A DNA stretch of 62,794 bases, filler included, from Nemertoderma westbladi (taxonomy: Eukaryota > Animalia > Xenacoelomorpha), in NCBI GenBank assembly GCA_032718475.1. It is 3 parts of 3 records of this genome, joined end to end, with 100 filler letters (N's around TTAATTAATTAA, not from the genome) between each part and the next. Parts side by side here need not be neighbours in the genome. Positions count along the whole stretch, not along the records: positions 1 to 29,084 come from JAUCBJ010002465.1; 2 more parts are not named here. The stretch is one strand, 5' to 3'. Under the pieces are notes generated by a model that saw only the letters and a list, made by a program, of their open reading frames with translations, searched no databases and was not told where the DNA came from. The position numbers and the translations under genes were made by a program. Within the stretch, counting starts at the first letter, position 1. Every line of letters begins with the position of its first letter. This document shows positions 1 through 12,779 of this stretch, one piece after another.

Positions 1-519
1 TTTTGTGATACAGTCGCTCAGTTTTAATTTGTATCTCATAACTGGGCCTCGTGCTGCGCGAATTCCCCATGAACGTGTTATACCCGTCTCCTTCTTTGTA
101 CACACAGTACCGACATGTGATTCTTTGTGGCCAGAAGTTAGCCCCAGTGACGAGGTCCGCAGCTTTAGAATACAAGGAAACTTTCATGTTTTTTGAGTTT
201 CTGTGCCTATTAATTCGGGTGGTGATACGGTGGACTGGGATTTGCTTGGATTGCAGATAATCGATGACTTCATCCTCTGAATTGGTGAGGTTCACACCGT
301 CGAAGTAAAGTGGAGTGTTTGAGGTGTTTGGGTGTTTTGCTTTGGTGGTCTGCTTGGTTTACCTTTATGTCGGATTTGGGGTTGTGTTTTATGGGTTGGG
401 TTTCCCATTGGGTTGATATAGCTCCTCTAAGAGTGTTCCTTGTTGGCTTGTTGTAGTTTTTATTTTGACATTTGTTTAGTGGAGTGTGGTGAGAGTGTAG
501 TGGTGTGGAATCAGCTATT

Positions 520-1916
520 ATTATTAATTGGTTATTCCAGGCCAAGGCCCATTGTAAAAACCGTATATCCAAAAACAAACGCACAAAGTTGGAAAAGCAG
601 CACAATAAATATATATAAAGTCCACGCAACTGGCCAAAAAAAAGCAATACAGTAATTATACAGATTACGTTATTGAATTTCAATAAGAGCGATCCTAGAG
701 GTGGTTACCACTGCAGTGGATACCGCCTGTAGGATGCTGTTTTCAGTGTTACTGACTCTGGACATAAAGAGATATTAAATCACCGTATTGAATGTGTATT
801 AACTTGGGAATATTGAGAAAACCGCACATATAAGAGACACTACAATCATATGGGTAACCAAAAAGTCTACGGGTAATGTTTTGTAAGCTACACGGTATTT
901 CTCGTATATAGATTGAGTGTAATTTTGACGCGCCCAAAGGGCGATACAATATACCTGAGTGCAGAAAGCTTTGAACAATTTAACTTTAACACTTACCTTG
1001 CAGTGAATAAATTTTCTAATTAGGAAATTACCACGTCTATAGGGCCTACAGACTACTAAGTTTATTCAGAATGTCGTAATTGTCGTCAGTAGTACAGTGG
1101 ATAATATGACCAAGGTACTTGTAACTTGTTACAGTTTCAACTAATTTGTTGCCCAGTGTATATACATATAATATAATATACATCTTAAAACAGCTATTAT
1201 TATTAAGCTGTAGTAATTAATGTTATGTTATTAATTATTAGTTACCGTTTCAATAGACCTTCCATTAATGGCGATACTGTCAACTAATGTGCTTTTATAG
1301 GACTTTGGAACAAAGTTATTTGTTTGTTTGTTTGTTTGTTTTTATGGGCAATCGTGCCTGGAATAAAGAATTATTATTATTATTAAAGTACATTTATTTA
1401 GATTTTTTCACATTGATTACAATATCGTGACAGGATGCATAACTCTCGTAAGATGCAATAAGTGTTTTGATACCAGATATAGAATTGGATATAAGACTTA
1501 AATCGTCTGCATAACCTAAGTGGTTAGTTCTAACACCATTCATCATAGCGCCAACGTTGGTACCAGTTAGGTGTAAGCTTAGATCGTCTATGTATAGTAC
1601 ATGCAATAAAGGGCTGAGAATACCTCCCTGTTTTTGTACCATTCGTAACCGTAAAGGACTCAGAAGTGCAGCCACCCCATCTAACTGAAACACTTTGAAA
1701 CCGGTACCAATAACGAATAACCCTGATGTAAAATGTAGGTATTTTACGATCAATAAGCTTTGAGAAAAGTTTATAATGATTGACAAGGTCAAAAGCCTTA
1801 GATGAATCAATAAAACATACATATACTGGACTGTCATTCAGTAAATAGTACTGTATTATTTCCTTTAATGCATATACGCAAAGTTCTGTGCCAAGACCGG
1901 GCTTAAAACCGAACAA
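520..1916 (-). mobile_element. Degenerate LINE (RTE-X-like) reverse transcriptase and 3' end
   Basis: Frameshifted RT motifs FGFKPGLGT, CFIDSSKAFDLV, QGGILSP, HLGYADD, YKYLG; C-terminal RRLFGYPYDCSVSYM; 3' end GGCCTTGGCCTGGAATAA followed by (TAA)n near 520-550. Confidence 0.85.
1316..1384 (+). mobile_element. Very short 5'-truncated LINE 3' tail inserted into the LINE above
   Basis: ATGGGCAATCGTGCCTGGAATAAAG plus a (TTA)n tail, flanked by AAAG at 1312-1315 and 1385-1388; it interrupts the host RT reading frame. Confidence 0.55.
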
Positions 1917-1928
1917 AAAAAAACGAAG

Positions 1929-3024
1929 CTACAGTATGTGCACTTTGGGTTTTGGGTGGTAGGGTGCTGGCTCACTATATCCCGGTCTTTCTGGCGCATC
2001 CAGGAGAGGTGTGTACATGTTAGATGTCTTTATTGTAAGGTTTTTGTCGTAAGCATTATTCGGCTTATTGTGTAGCCTTCTTGGATTAGTCCAAGTTGAC
2101 CTTTGGAAGGTGTTGAGGCTGTAGTCTGAGGAGGCTGGCAAACACTCATCCAGTGCTACAAATTCTCCTTCAGAGTCAGTTGCCATTGGTAATTGGTGTG
2201 GGTCTGGTCCTACTAAAATTCTCAACATGTGGGTCTGTGGTTTTGACGTCACGCCACCTATTGTTGATGGCACGTGTGTTGGTTTATTTTCCTGGATTGG
2301 TTCTATAGCTCGGGATGAGATGTTGCTGAGGGAGGAGTTGGTTTTGGGTTTATTAGGTACGGTGTTGATTGTTTTTTGAAGATTTTTTTTCTTTTTTTTT
2401 TTTGATGACATTTTTCCATAGGACAGTTCTATTGTCTCTCTCTAGGTTTAGATCCTCCTGGAGATTACGGTACTGCTGTTTTAGGGCACCGACATCGTTT
2501 TCGAGGATACATATCCGTGTTTGTATGACAGATAGGCTAGATACAAGGTCGTTGTATAGGCCTGTCATGGTTATTTCACTTTCAGGTGCATGCTCTGCTC
2601 TATGTAGTCTCTTTTTGCACGACACTGTGAATGTTTGCTCGCTTTTGCTTTGAAGCAGTTCTAGAATATCGACAGCTAGTTCATGTTCTGATAGACGTGG
2701 TTTTAACTGCCATGTTAAGCTCTGAACTGGGGACATCAATTTCATTACCTTGTCCATTAGCTTTTTGCACATTGAGATGTTGGTGTCGTGAGGTTTTAGT
2801 GCTATTTGATGGATGGCGACTTTTCGAGGCTCGTGTAGGAGGCCATAATCCCCTACTTCATCTATGTTTATTTGTGCATTGTCGAGTCGAGAAGGTGTGG
2901 TCGTGAATTTGGAAATTGTGAAAATTTGGGTATCACATGGGATGGGAAAGATGACAATCACCCATCCAGCGAATCTTTTAAAGAATCCAAGCGGTCCACT
3001 AGACGCCTCAGAAACTTCCTCCAC
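1929..3024 (-). mobile_element. LINE ORF1-like remnant (coiled coil, then a low-complexity region), frameshifted at a poly-T run
   Basis: Two overlapping ORFs (223 aa and 160 aa) with heptad pattern RICILENDVGALKQQYRNLQEDL; same strand as, and directly upstream of, the RT remnant. Confidence 0.45.
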
Positions 3025-4367
3025 TCAAACCTTGTTGTGAACACCACCCACCACTGGTGCACCAAACGAACATCGAACCCACAGTACTTCTGGAGCAACA
3101 TCAATCAAAAAGACAATCAGTACCTCACCCCAGAAATCTCGCAAACACAATGAGGAAATGTTCAGTTTCACCACAACAAAAGATGCAGCTAAGACCCAAA
3201 CATCCATGACATTCTAGAAAATCAGTGCAGATCATCTACCCCATCAACCATAACCCCCTTCGCAGTTAAACCGGCGATATCATCACTCTCAAGGGGAAAG
3301 GCCCCTGACTACGCATCTATGAATGTGGAACACCTCCTATCCCTTAATCCTTATCTCATTTCTGTCACACTTGCCCGACTAATCAGCTGTTGACTCACTC
3401 TCAAAGAAGTCCCCTCTACATTTCGTCATACGGTGACATCAAGTATCTATAAAGGAAAGGGTCGCCCCACCCTAGAACCTACATCATACAGGCCTGTCTC
3501 ATCCATCAGCCTACTTGCCAAGGTGCTAGAACATTTCCTTCTAGCTGACTACCTAAACAACTTGACCTCACAAGGGAACCAAACTGCCTACAAGAGAAAA
3601 CACAGCGCTGATATAGTAGTCGCTACAATAATTGAAATGGTGGAACACTACATTTCGAAGGTTCGCCAGTATACATTTGCCAACTTGACATTGAGGCGGC
3701 TTTCGATAATGTTGATCAAACTATCTTGGTAGAAAAGATGCTTAGCAACAATATTAACCCTCACATTATTTGTCTCATCTTAGCTTGCTTTGGATCTAGC
3801 CTAATCTTCCTCAAATTCGGCGATCCAGTCGACCCAACTCCAATAAAAGTCTCGTGGGGATTGAAACAGAGATCACCCATCTCACCCATCCTTTACAACC
3901 TTTACACCTCCAACGAACAAGCGGAATAGAACATAATACCCTCGGAAGCCGAATTGACACATCCGGGCTTGGTACAGTGGCCTATGCTGATGATTACCTA
4001 CTCCGGGGAACCTCGCTTAAATCAATCGAGAAGATGAGCGACATACTCATACAGGAAGCTGCACAGGTATCCCTCCAAATCGACATGAAGAAAACAAAAT
4101 GGACAATCCTGAACCGTAACTCATAACCATATGTCCCACAAGGAATGTTTCATTAAGTCATTGGATCACTAATCCCAATGTCGGATCATCTGAAATTTCT
4201 CGGACACAAACTTGGAATTTCTAACCCCGCTAGCAACCTCCTCGTTGTTATCCAGACAATAACCCTGTTGTCACAAGTCTTTCAGACCAGAGGATGGACA
4301 GCAAGGTGGCTCAACCTAGAGACTATCTTTAAGATGTGGAATACACTCGCCGTCCCTATCATAATCT

Positions 4368-5640
4368 ACACGAAGTGGGGCCTTCGCGCAGCACGTGAAA
4401 TGAGTTAATGCTAAGTATCAACTCGAAAGGATTATAAAAACATAGGAGAAGATTTTCCCGGAAAACGTTAACCCTCTAGCGGGAGACTGGGTAACTGAAG
4501 AAGGAAGGATTAGTTTCCCTACAAAGCCACAGCCTATGGTCTATTACATATCTACCAAGTTTCCGATTGACGGATCATAAATAACGAAATGTTGGAAGGT
4601 TTTCACTTTCATACATTTAGCCCTCTAGCGGCATATTAAAGAACTACGGATCGATCACCTTCCTCACAAAGACGAGGCATGTGGTCTAGTACATACCGGT
4701 ACTGTATATTCCAAAATTCAGCTTAAATAGATTAAGATCAAGGAATTCGCAAAGGTTATCACTTTCCTACATTTCGCCCTCTAGCGGCAGACTCGAAAAC
4801 TCCGGACCGATTACTGTCCACACAAAGACTTAGGATGTCTTCTAGTACATATATGACAAGTTTCAGCGTAATCAGATCATAAACAACTAAATGGAAGAAT
4901 AATTTCACATTCGGGACATTTCGCCCTCTAGCGGCAGACTGGAGAACTGCAGACAGATTAGCCTCCTTTGAAATTTACAGCTAATGGTCTAGTACATACT
5001 TCCCAAGTTTCAGCTTAAACGGATTAAAAGCAAAGAAATGGGTGGCCATTTAATGTTTAGACATGTGGCCCTCTAGCGGGAGACTGGAAAACTTCGGACC
5101 GATTACAATCCACACAAAGACTCAGGATGTCATCTAGTACATATATGACAAGTTTCAGCGTAATCAGATCATAAACAACTAAATGGAAGAATAATTTCAC
5201 ATTCGGGACATTTCGCCCTCTAGCGGCAGACTGGAGAACTGCAGACAGATTAGCCTCCTTTGAAATTTACAGCTAATGGTCTAGTACATACTTCCCAAGT
5301 TTCAGCTTAAACGGATTAAAAGCAAAGAAATGGGTGGCCATTTAATGTTTAGACATGTGGCCCTCTAGCGGGAGACCATTGCACTGATGGTGTCTGAAAG
5401 TCTCTCAAAAATCTCAACTTTTGCTTATATTGATACCTACAAATTTTCAACTTGGCAGCTTTAAATCCGACAAAGTTATTAGCATGTCAAAATCGTAACG
5501 ACGACGACAACGACGACGACGACAACGACGACGACGACAACGACGACGACGACGACGACGACAACTATTTGCATAAATTGACCCACCCCCTAACAGTGTC
5601 AATTCGCTAAGGCTCCGCCAACTTCGTGGCTCGCCCCACA
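4368..5640 (+). mobile_element. Helentron/HINE (DINE-1-like) non-autonomous element with internal tandem repeats
   Basis: 5' ACACGAAGTGGGGC and 3' CTTCGTGGCTCGCCCCAC short inverted ends; seven units of about 147 bp (292-bp dimer); (CGA)n microsatellite at 5498-5560 just before the 3' stem. Related 5' ends occur at 59222 and 51572. Confidence 0.65.
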
Positions 5641-5875
5641 GATTAACCCTGATTATTGGATATCGGTATTGGATATATATTGGATATTTATAAGGATATC
5701 GACAAACTCGACGCCTACCACTGCAAGGTGCAACGCGGCCTCTTACTTCTTGGGAACTATTTGGAGAATAATACACTACTGTATATCTACTCTCTGGTGG
5801 CACCCCAACATTATCGATCACTGCTTATCGGAGTTGCTATAGAACCTTAGTTAGAACACTTGATTGCCCTAGTCT

Positions 5876-8439
5876 GATGGAGTGGATCAGCATGCATTCT
5901 TAACATTCCTGGGAGACTTTAATGCAAGTCTGCATCAATCACCTACATCGCCCTGGGTCTATAGCAATAGTGTTAACCAAAATTCCGTCCATCTTCAGGA
6001 TTTTATCTCTGGAAATGGATTGTTTTCGGCTGGAACCCAGTTCAAGAAGCGAACTGGAAAGCTATGGACTCATAGTGGACCCAGTGGTCACAAGTCCCAG
6101 ATAGACCATATCCTGTTTCGTAGGAAATACAGGAGCTCTATACAAGACTGTAATGCATTTACACTACGACCCTTCTCCAGTGATCACCGCCTTATTGTGG
6201 CCAAGGTAAGACTTAGTCTGCGTGCTAGCATAACAACGAAATCTGCCTTGCTGCGGCATGACTGGTCCTCTCTGTTGCAACAGCCAAGTGTGAGATCCAG
6301 CTTCACACTACAGCTGAGCAACAGGTATGAGGTTCTTGCCTGTGAGGCAGCAGATCACTGTGAGGGCTATACTGCCTTCACAGAGGCAGTTAAGTTAGCA
6401 GCTGCAGAAACAGTTCCTGTATACCCTCGAAACAGGAAACGGTCCCCCTGGACTGACAACAAAATTCAGAAGTGCCGAAATGACCTCTACAAGGCCCAAA
6501 AAGAGTCCCGACTCAAACAGACTACAGCGGCCAAGAATACAGTTAAGGCTGCATCTAGGTCCCTGAACAGGCAGTACTCTGTTAATCTACAGGAGCTAAT
6601 AAACTAACAGGTTGATGCCATCAATGATGCTGACGACAGCAGGCAATCATCCCAGGCATGGAGATCAATCAACTTGCTTGCTGGTCGAAAAAGCCAACCA
6701 ACCACCAAGGCTAAGGCTGAATCACCAGCTGATCGCCTCAATGGTTGGAAGGCCCACTTTGAAAAGCTCCTCAATAATGACAGGGTATTGCCTGATAACT
6801 TTATAGAAGTAAAAGTGTCTGAGTCTGTACTCCCAGATATTCCCATTGGTGATATCTCCTTTGCAGAAGTGAAGGCTGCTGCAAAGAACATTAAGACCAA
6901 TCGTGCCAGTGGAGGTGGAGTAGATGGTGTTCCTCCTGAGGTCTTTAAAATACCTGAGTTTTTAAAGCTCATCTATCCCATCATAGAAGACATGTACCGA
7001 ACAACAAGAGTCCCACAAGAAATGAAAACGAATAAGTTAGTGCCAGTTCCCAAGAAGGGCAACCTAACACTCTATGGTTCTTTTTGGGGAATCTCATTGA
7101 TCTCGATTGCTGCAAAGCTATACAATAGAATTCTATTAAATCGCATCAGGGATCCCATTGAGAGACTGCTCCGTGGAAATCAGAATGGGTTCCGTAACGG
7201 TCGTGGGACCATGGAGCCCATTTTTGCATTTAGAAGGATAATTGAAGAGTTATCAAAAAAGAAAGACAGGCATCTGGCTATTATCTTGTTGACTTCTTCA
7301 AGGCCTTTGATTCAGTCTCTCGCTCACGTATGTTCAGCATACTTTCATTATATGGGATTCCTGATGAAATTATTGCAGCAATCATATCAGTATACGATGG
7401 TTCGACAACATTTGTGTCTACTGTTGACGGTGACACAGAACCATTTGAAGTGTTATGGGGCGTCCTCCAGGGAGACACACTTGCACCATTCTTGTTCATA
7501 ATTGTTGTTGACTATGTTCTACGCATGTCCTTAGATCATCATAATGATGATGGGGTGATGATAACCCCACCTACTGGCTCCAGAAGTCGAGGAAATCCTG
7601 CCAAGTACCTAACTGATCTAGACTTTGCTGATGACTTAGGAGTACTCCCAGAATCACTAGAGGGAGCCCAACGGCTCCTCAGCTCATTAGAACATGCTGC
7701 TTCTAGTGTTGGTCTTTTTATTAACTCCAGAAAGACCAAAATTTTGACAGTTAACTTTGAAAGTCCTCAGCAAGTCTCTGATCGGATGAGCATAAGTGGT
7801 ATGCTTGAGCATGTGGATGACTTCTGTTACCTGGGATCATGGATCCGGAAGTCAGGTGAGGACCTTCGAATACGTAAGGGAAAGGCATGTGCAGCCTTGA
7901 GCAGGCTTTCCAGGATTTGGAAGTCACCGAGAATTAATCGGAAACTTAAGGTCCGATTATTTAGAGCAGCAGTAGTTCCAGTACTCCTCTATGGGATTCC
8001 ATGCTGGGCTCTAACTGCTGAGGACACCAAATCTCTGGATGGCACATTCACAAGAATGCTACGCCGGGTTCATTGTGTCAAGTACAATGCACACATCTCC
8101 AACCAGACACTATATAACATTGGAGGTGTCTCATTGGATCCCCCAAGCTTGACACTAGAACAAAGTCGCCTCCGCTTTGCAGGACATTGCTATCGCCGTG
8201 AGGACCAGTCAGTGCATAATCTTGTACTTTGGCAGCCTCATGGAGTGAATAAGCATGGTGGACAGCCCATGACTTTCTTGAGACGCATCTTAAAGGACAC
8301 TGGCCTTGAAGATGCGCATGATCTAGCAAATTTCATGGGTGATAGGGAGTTGTGGCGGTGCAATTTTGTCGATAAGCCGGCGCAGCATTCTTAAAAGTGC
8401 AGCTGCAATGCAGCACGCCGATCCTAGTAGTAGTAGTAA
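5876..8439 (+). mobile_element. 5'-truncated RTE-clade LINE (partial APE endonuclease + RT), disrupted by a stop and a frameshift
   Basis: GDFNA, QIDHIL and SDH endonuclease motifs; QNGFR, GVLQGDTLAPFLF, DLDFADD and FCYLGS RT motifs; (TAG)n tail at 8425-8439; 9-bp TSD CCCTAGTCT at 5867-5875 and 8440-8448. Confidence 0.93.
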
Positions 8440-10904
8440 CCCTAGTCTCGAGCTACAGTTACCTTTCCGTATTGCCTCACAATTCAACATGGATATCGCC
8501 ACCCACTTACAGCACGTAAGGGAATTTCAAGTGAATATCACAGAGCACTGGCCACATACCCCCTGCCACAGTTACGCTCAATTATCAACTTCAAATACAG
8601 AACTACATTCATCGCTGAACGTATTTGCACTGCAAGCCCCTCACAAAACGACTTCCACAATGCTAAATTCATACAGAACTGCTTTCGACTACCAAATAAC
8701 CATCAAACATAAAAGCGCCCGTTTCATGGAATTATTATTATTCAGTTATTATTCAAGTTATTATTCAATCTTATGGGGAATTGTATGGTGGACAATTGTC
8801 CGCGGGAGTCAATTGTCCTAGTTCCAAGAGCCCTCAAGGATTGCCATAGTGCAGCAAAATATCCTCCACATCTGCACGGAAAAGCTGCAATTAAAGGAGC
8901 TTCATTTCGTTTTGCGGATGCGGAGTTTTTCTACCGAACTTATTTAATCCATGCACACAGATTATAGAAAAAATTATTGCTGTGAAATTGATGTTGAAAC
9001 ATTGAACTAGACAGGCTGTAGTTTCCTTAATATTGGGAATGTGATCAAAATACCACCAGCTACAGTCACTACAGTATATTGATAATTGCGTATTTCGATT
9101 CGAATGAGCATATAACCAACCAGCTTTATACGATGTATCAAAGTGAAGAAACTGACATGTAGCCAGCCTTCCACCTAAAATCACTTGCAAACACTTGGGC
9201 TTTGCAAACATATACCGGCTGGTAGTTTCCAAAATATTTGGAAATACTGTAGGTCACAAAACCCACAACCCCCCCCCCCCCCCCCCCCCCTCACCCACTA
9301 TATCGACCATTGCAGTTCAATTGAGCCTAATATCAGCCTCAAACGACTAAGAGAAATGCCCCAACCTTAAAATTTGCTCCCTATTGAAATACATTAGAGT
9401 CCGTAAAATGATGTTTAGATCAGGTCGTATGAAAACTGCGGCCTATAAAACTTATTCTCTCAAAATTAACCCTAAATTGACATGACCCGAAATAGCCTAC
9501 CTCTACAGATAGGCGGACATCCCACAAGGATTTTATGCGTACTAAACTTTATAGAAGATTGCTTACGTCATAGCACCACATCCAAAAATATAATTTGGAA
9601 TTAAGGTAGGGAGGGCTAGTAGTATTTTGCGCCAGTTTGTATTGTAAACATACAGTATATATCAATTATACATAATAGTGAAACACAAAATGTAACATAG
9701 AGGACAGCCACTCATGCAATCCAATCTTCACGAAAATTTTCATAAAATATGCATCCTGAAAACTTTAAAACAAGCTCGTCTATTAGAAGACATATTGAGG
9801 TATATGAATATTAAGTTTTGTTTATTTACTCTATATTTCAATAGTAAAATAAATAAAAAAATGTAATTTCTAAAATTATCAAAAAATGACTTACACATTT
9901 ATTTTAAAAGATTTTTTTAGTGATTAGATGATAAAAATTACATATCAATTCACTTAACGTTTAATAACATTAAATTTTGTATATGAAGATTAAAAATACA
10001 AATGTAGCAATACCGTCATTATTTAACAAATTTTGATTGTTTTATTCGATATCTAACAATTTAATATCAACATGTCTTTATTGAAATTGTATTATTGTTC
10101 CTCGTGGAAACATATTAACCGCAAACAAGCAACATATGTTATTATTCTAAAACATTAATTTATAGTAATATTTTTCAGAAGCGAACTAAATTGAATGAAG
10201 AAATATGTATGTAGGCCTATGTCGTCTGTCCGTCAAGTAGGAAAGTAAATATTCAAGATGAAAGTTTTGCAATGGTGTGTTTCATGGTTTATGATTTCAT
10301 TCCCAATGTTAGTTTTCACATTATAAGCTTCAAAATTGTCAGTTTGTCTGTCCGGTTGTAGTTTATATTTTGACGGACAGCCCGACACAGACAGGCATCC
10401 AGACAGACACGATACTGCCGCATTTGAAAACCCCGACATCGGAAATGAAATCACCGACAAAGTTAGTAGGGCAATTTTTATTCGGAAAACGTGTTTTCCA
10501 ATTATTTTTTGACGGGCAGACAGATAGACATTAATTTCTCAAGAAGAAAAAAAGGTCTTACTGTACAAATGTAGAGAAATGTTTACTGTTTGACTATTGA
10601 CTTTAAGATTAATATAGATTCCCATATTATATGCCCTAGCGTTCCATTACTATACAATATCTATTATTATCGCATATCTATTTATTAATGAGTATATGAA
10701 AAAACCCGTCTCTTGTAAACAAAATAGTATAGTGTACAGATAAATTATTGCACAATTGTAAAAAATTAAACAATATAATATTAATAAATTCATAGAGCGC
10801 GTTAATATAATTATAATAATGTTTAACTAAATAAATAATTATATATACTTTTTAAACAAAAATTAACGATCATATATGATTGATTTCCTACCATTACAAT
10901 TTAA

Positions 10905-12460
10905 CCCTATTAGTACCGGGCTATAAAATGTTGTACAAATACCGGGGGGGGGGGGGGGGGGGTCATATTGACCCTTCCCTCCAAAATCTACAAATATTTA
11001 CGAAAACGTCTGATTTTTTGTTTGTACGTAGGTATCACTTGTCTGGATCCGACCGAAAAAAAAAATTTTCGAAAAAATGTACTGGGGTGGTTATATTGCA
11101 GCACCAAAATTACAAGTATTGCACAATTTTCACAAAATTTGAAAGTTACATTTTCGGCTAATTATTTTTCAATACAGGTTTTCTGGGGTGCAAAATACAT
11201 TGGAAAATATTTAAAAATGATATGATTACTATAAATGGCTGTTTAGTCATCTCTGCGTAGGAAAAAAATGAAAAAAACAAGTAACCAGCACTTTTCAGTT
11301 AGAACACAAAATTTTTAATTCGCTTATACGATGCTATAAATTCACATTTTCAGGTTTTCGAGGGCGCTGATTCTAATGGAATACATTACTAATATGCCAG
11401 ATCATTGCTACTTGTATTTTTCGGCGTAATTTGGCAAATTTTGGTGCTAGCACCAAATTTCGTATCCATCACCAAAAAGTACAAGTTTGCGATGTCCAGT
11501 GCTGTTTTTATTGATTCCATCGGATTCAGGACCCTCATAAACCCGTATAACGCAAGAAACAAGGTCATACTATCTACTGATCAATTTGCATATTTTCCAA
11601 AATTTGGTGCTGGCACAACAATTTTCACCCACCGGCGAAAAATACAAGATCAAGAATACTGATTCCATTGAATTCAGAACCATCACAAACCCGTATAACG
11701 CAAGAAACAAGGTGACACAATCAATTGATATATTTGATGGTTTTCAAAATTTGGTGCTAGCACCACATTTTGCACCCACATCCGAAAAATACAAGTTTGA
11801 GATGTCTAGTTCGATAATTATATATTCCATTGAATTCCGAACAGCCATAAACCTCTAAAACGCAAGAAATAAATTGTCACAAGCAATTTTATCTATTGAA
11901 TGGATTTTCAAAATTTCGTGCTAGCACCAAAATTTGCACACAGCACCGAAAAATACGAGTTTGATACGCTTGGTGCAACTCGTATATATTTCATCGAATC
12001 CAGAACCCCAAAAAACCCCAATTGCGTAAAAAACAAGTTTCAAACAATCAATTTACAAAATTGACATATTTCAAAATTTGGTGCTGGCACCAAAATTTGG
12101 CACCCACCGAAAAAAACAAGTTTGAAATTTCTAAATCAATTTATATGAATTCCATCCAATTTCTAAGACCATAAAACCGGTGTAAATAAAAAATAGAGAT
12201 GTTACAATTCATATTTAATGAAATGTAATTTTCAAAAAACGTCTCAAAAAAAGTGCCAAAAGTAGGGTTAAAAAATGGTGCTGTAACTCGAAAAGTACCC
12301 AATATTTTTGAAAACGGTTTTCACTACTAGGAAGACAATAGATTTTTAGGAAAAGTCATAAAATTTCAGATTCCCAACTGCGTTTGTTTCAGAATTATAA
12401 TAAAAAAACCACGGGGGGGTCATATTGACCCCCCCCCCCCCCCCCCCGGGTTTAATAGGG
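10905..12460. mobile_element. piggyBac-type non-autonomous DNA transposon
   Basis: TTAA|CCCTATTA...TAATAGGG|TTAA; subterminal GGGGTCATATTGACCC palindromes; about five internal units of ~160 bp, each containing GGTGCT(A/G)GCAC or a one-mismatch variant. Confidence 0.85.
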
Positions 12461-12779
12461 TTAAGTCGAAAATAGTGTCATAAAATATCAGTCACTTAGT
12501 TATTTTTTATGGTAATTAATCTAAATAAGAATCAAATAGTAACTGTAATAGTTAGTAACAAGAAAAATTGAGGCTTAATAAAAATATTTATAATTCGATT
12601 AAATTGTATCAGAAAATAAATAAAATATGAAACAAGCACGCATACATGCATGTTATGTTGGATGCTAGATGCACAACCTGTTGTATATATCTATAACAAT
12701 ATACCAAATATAAAAAAATAATAACAATTCATTAACAATATATATTAATCTCATAGATTATATGGAAAAAGAAGACCTT

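Larger units (their letters stand above)
3150..8720 (+). mobile_element. Degenerate RTE-X-like LINE split by two younger insertions
   Basis: YKGKG..SYRPVS, AAFDNV, GLKQRSPISP, AYADD and LKFLG at 3433-4367; continuation KDIDKLDAYHCKVQRGLL at about 5690-5860; probable further continuation after 8449. Confidence 0.7.

Noticed and set aside
5447-5821. Arg-rich protamine-like ORF
   Set aside because: Translation of a (CGA)n microsatellite across an element boundary.
9268-9290. Poly-C/poly-G runs here and elsewhere (16796, 49222, 50324, 57261, 57996, 62572)
   Set aside because: Common homopolymers with unreliable length; no specific function can be supported.
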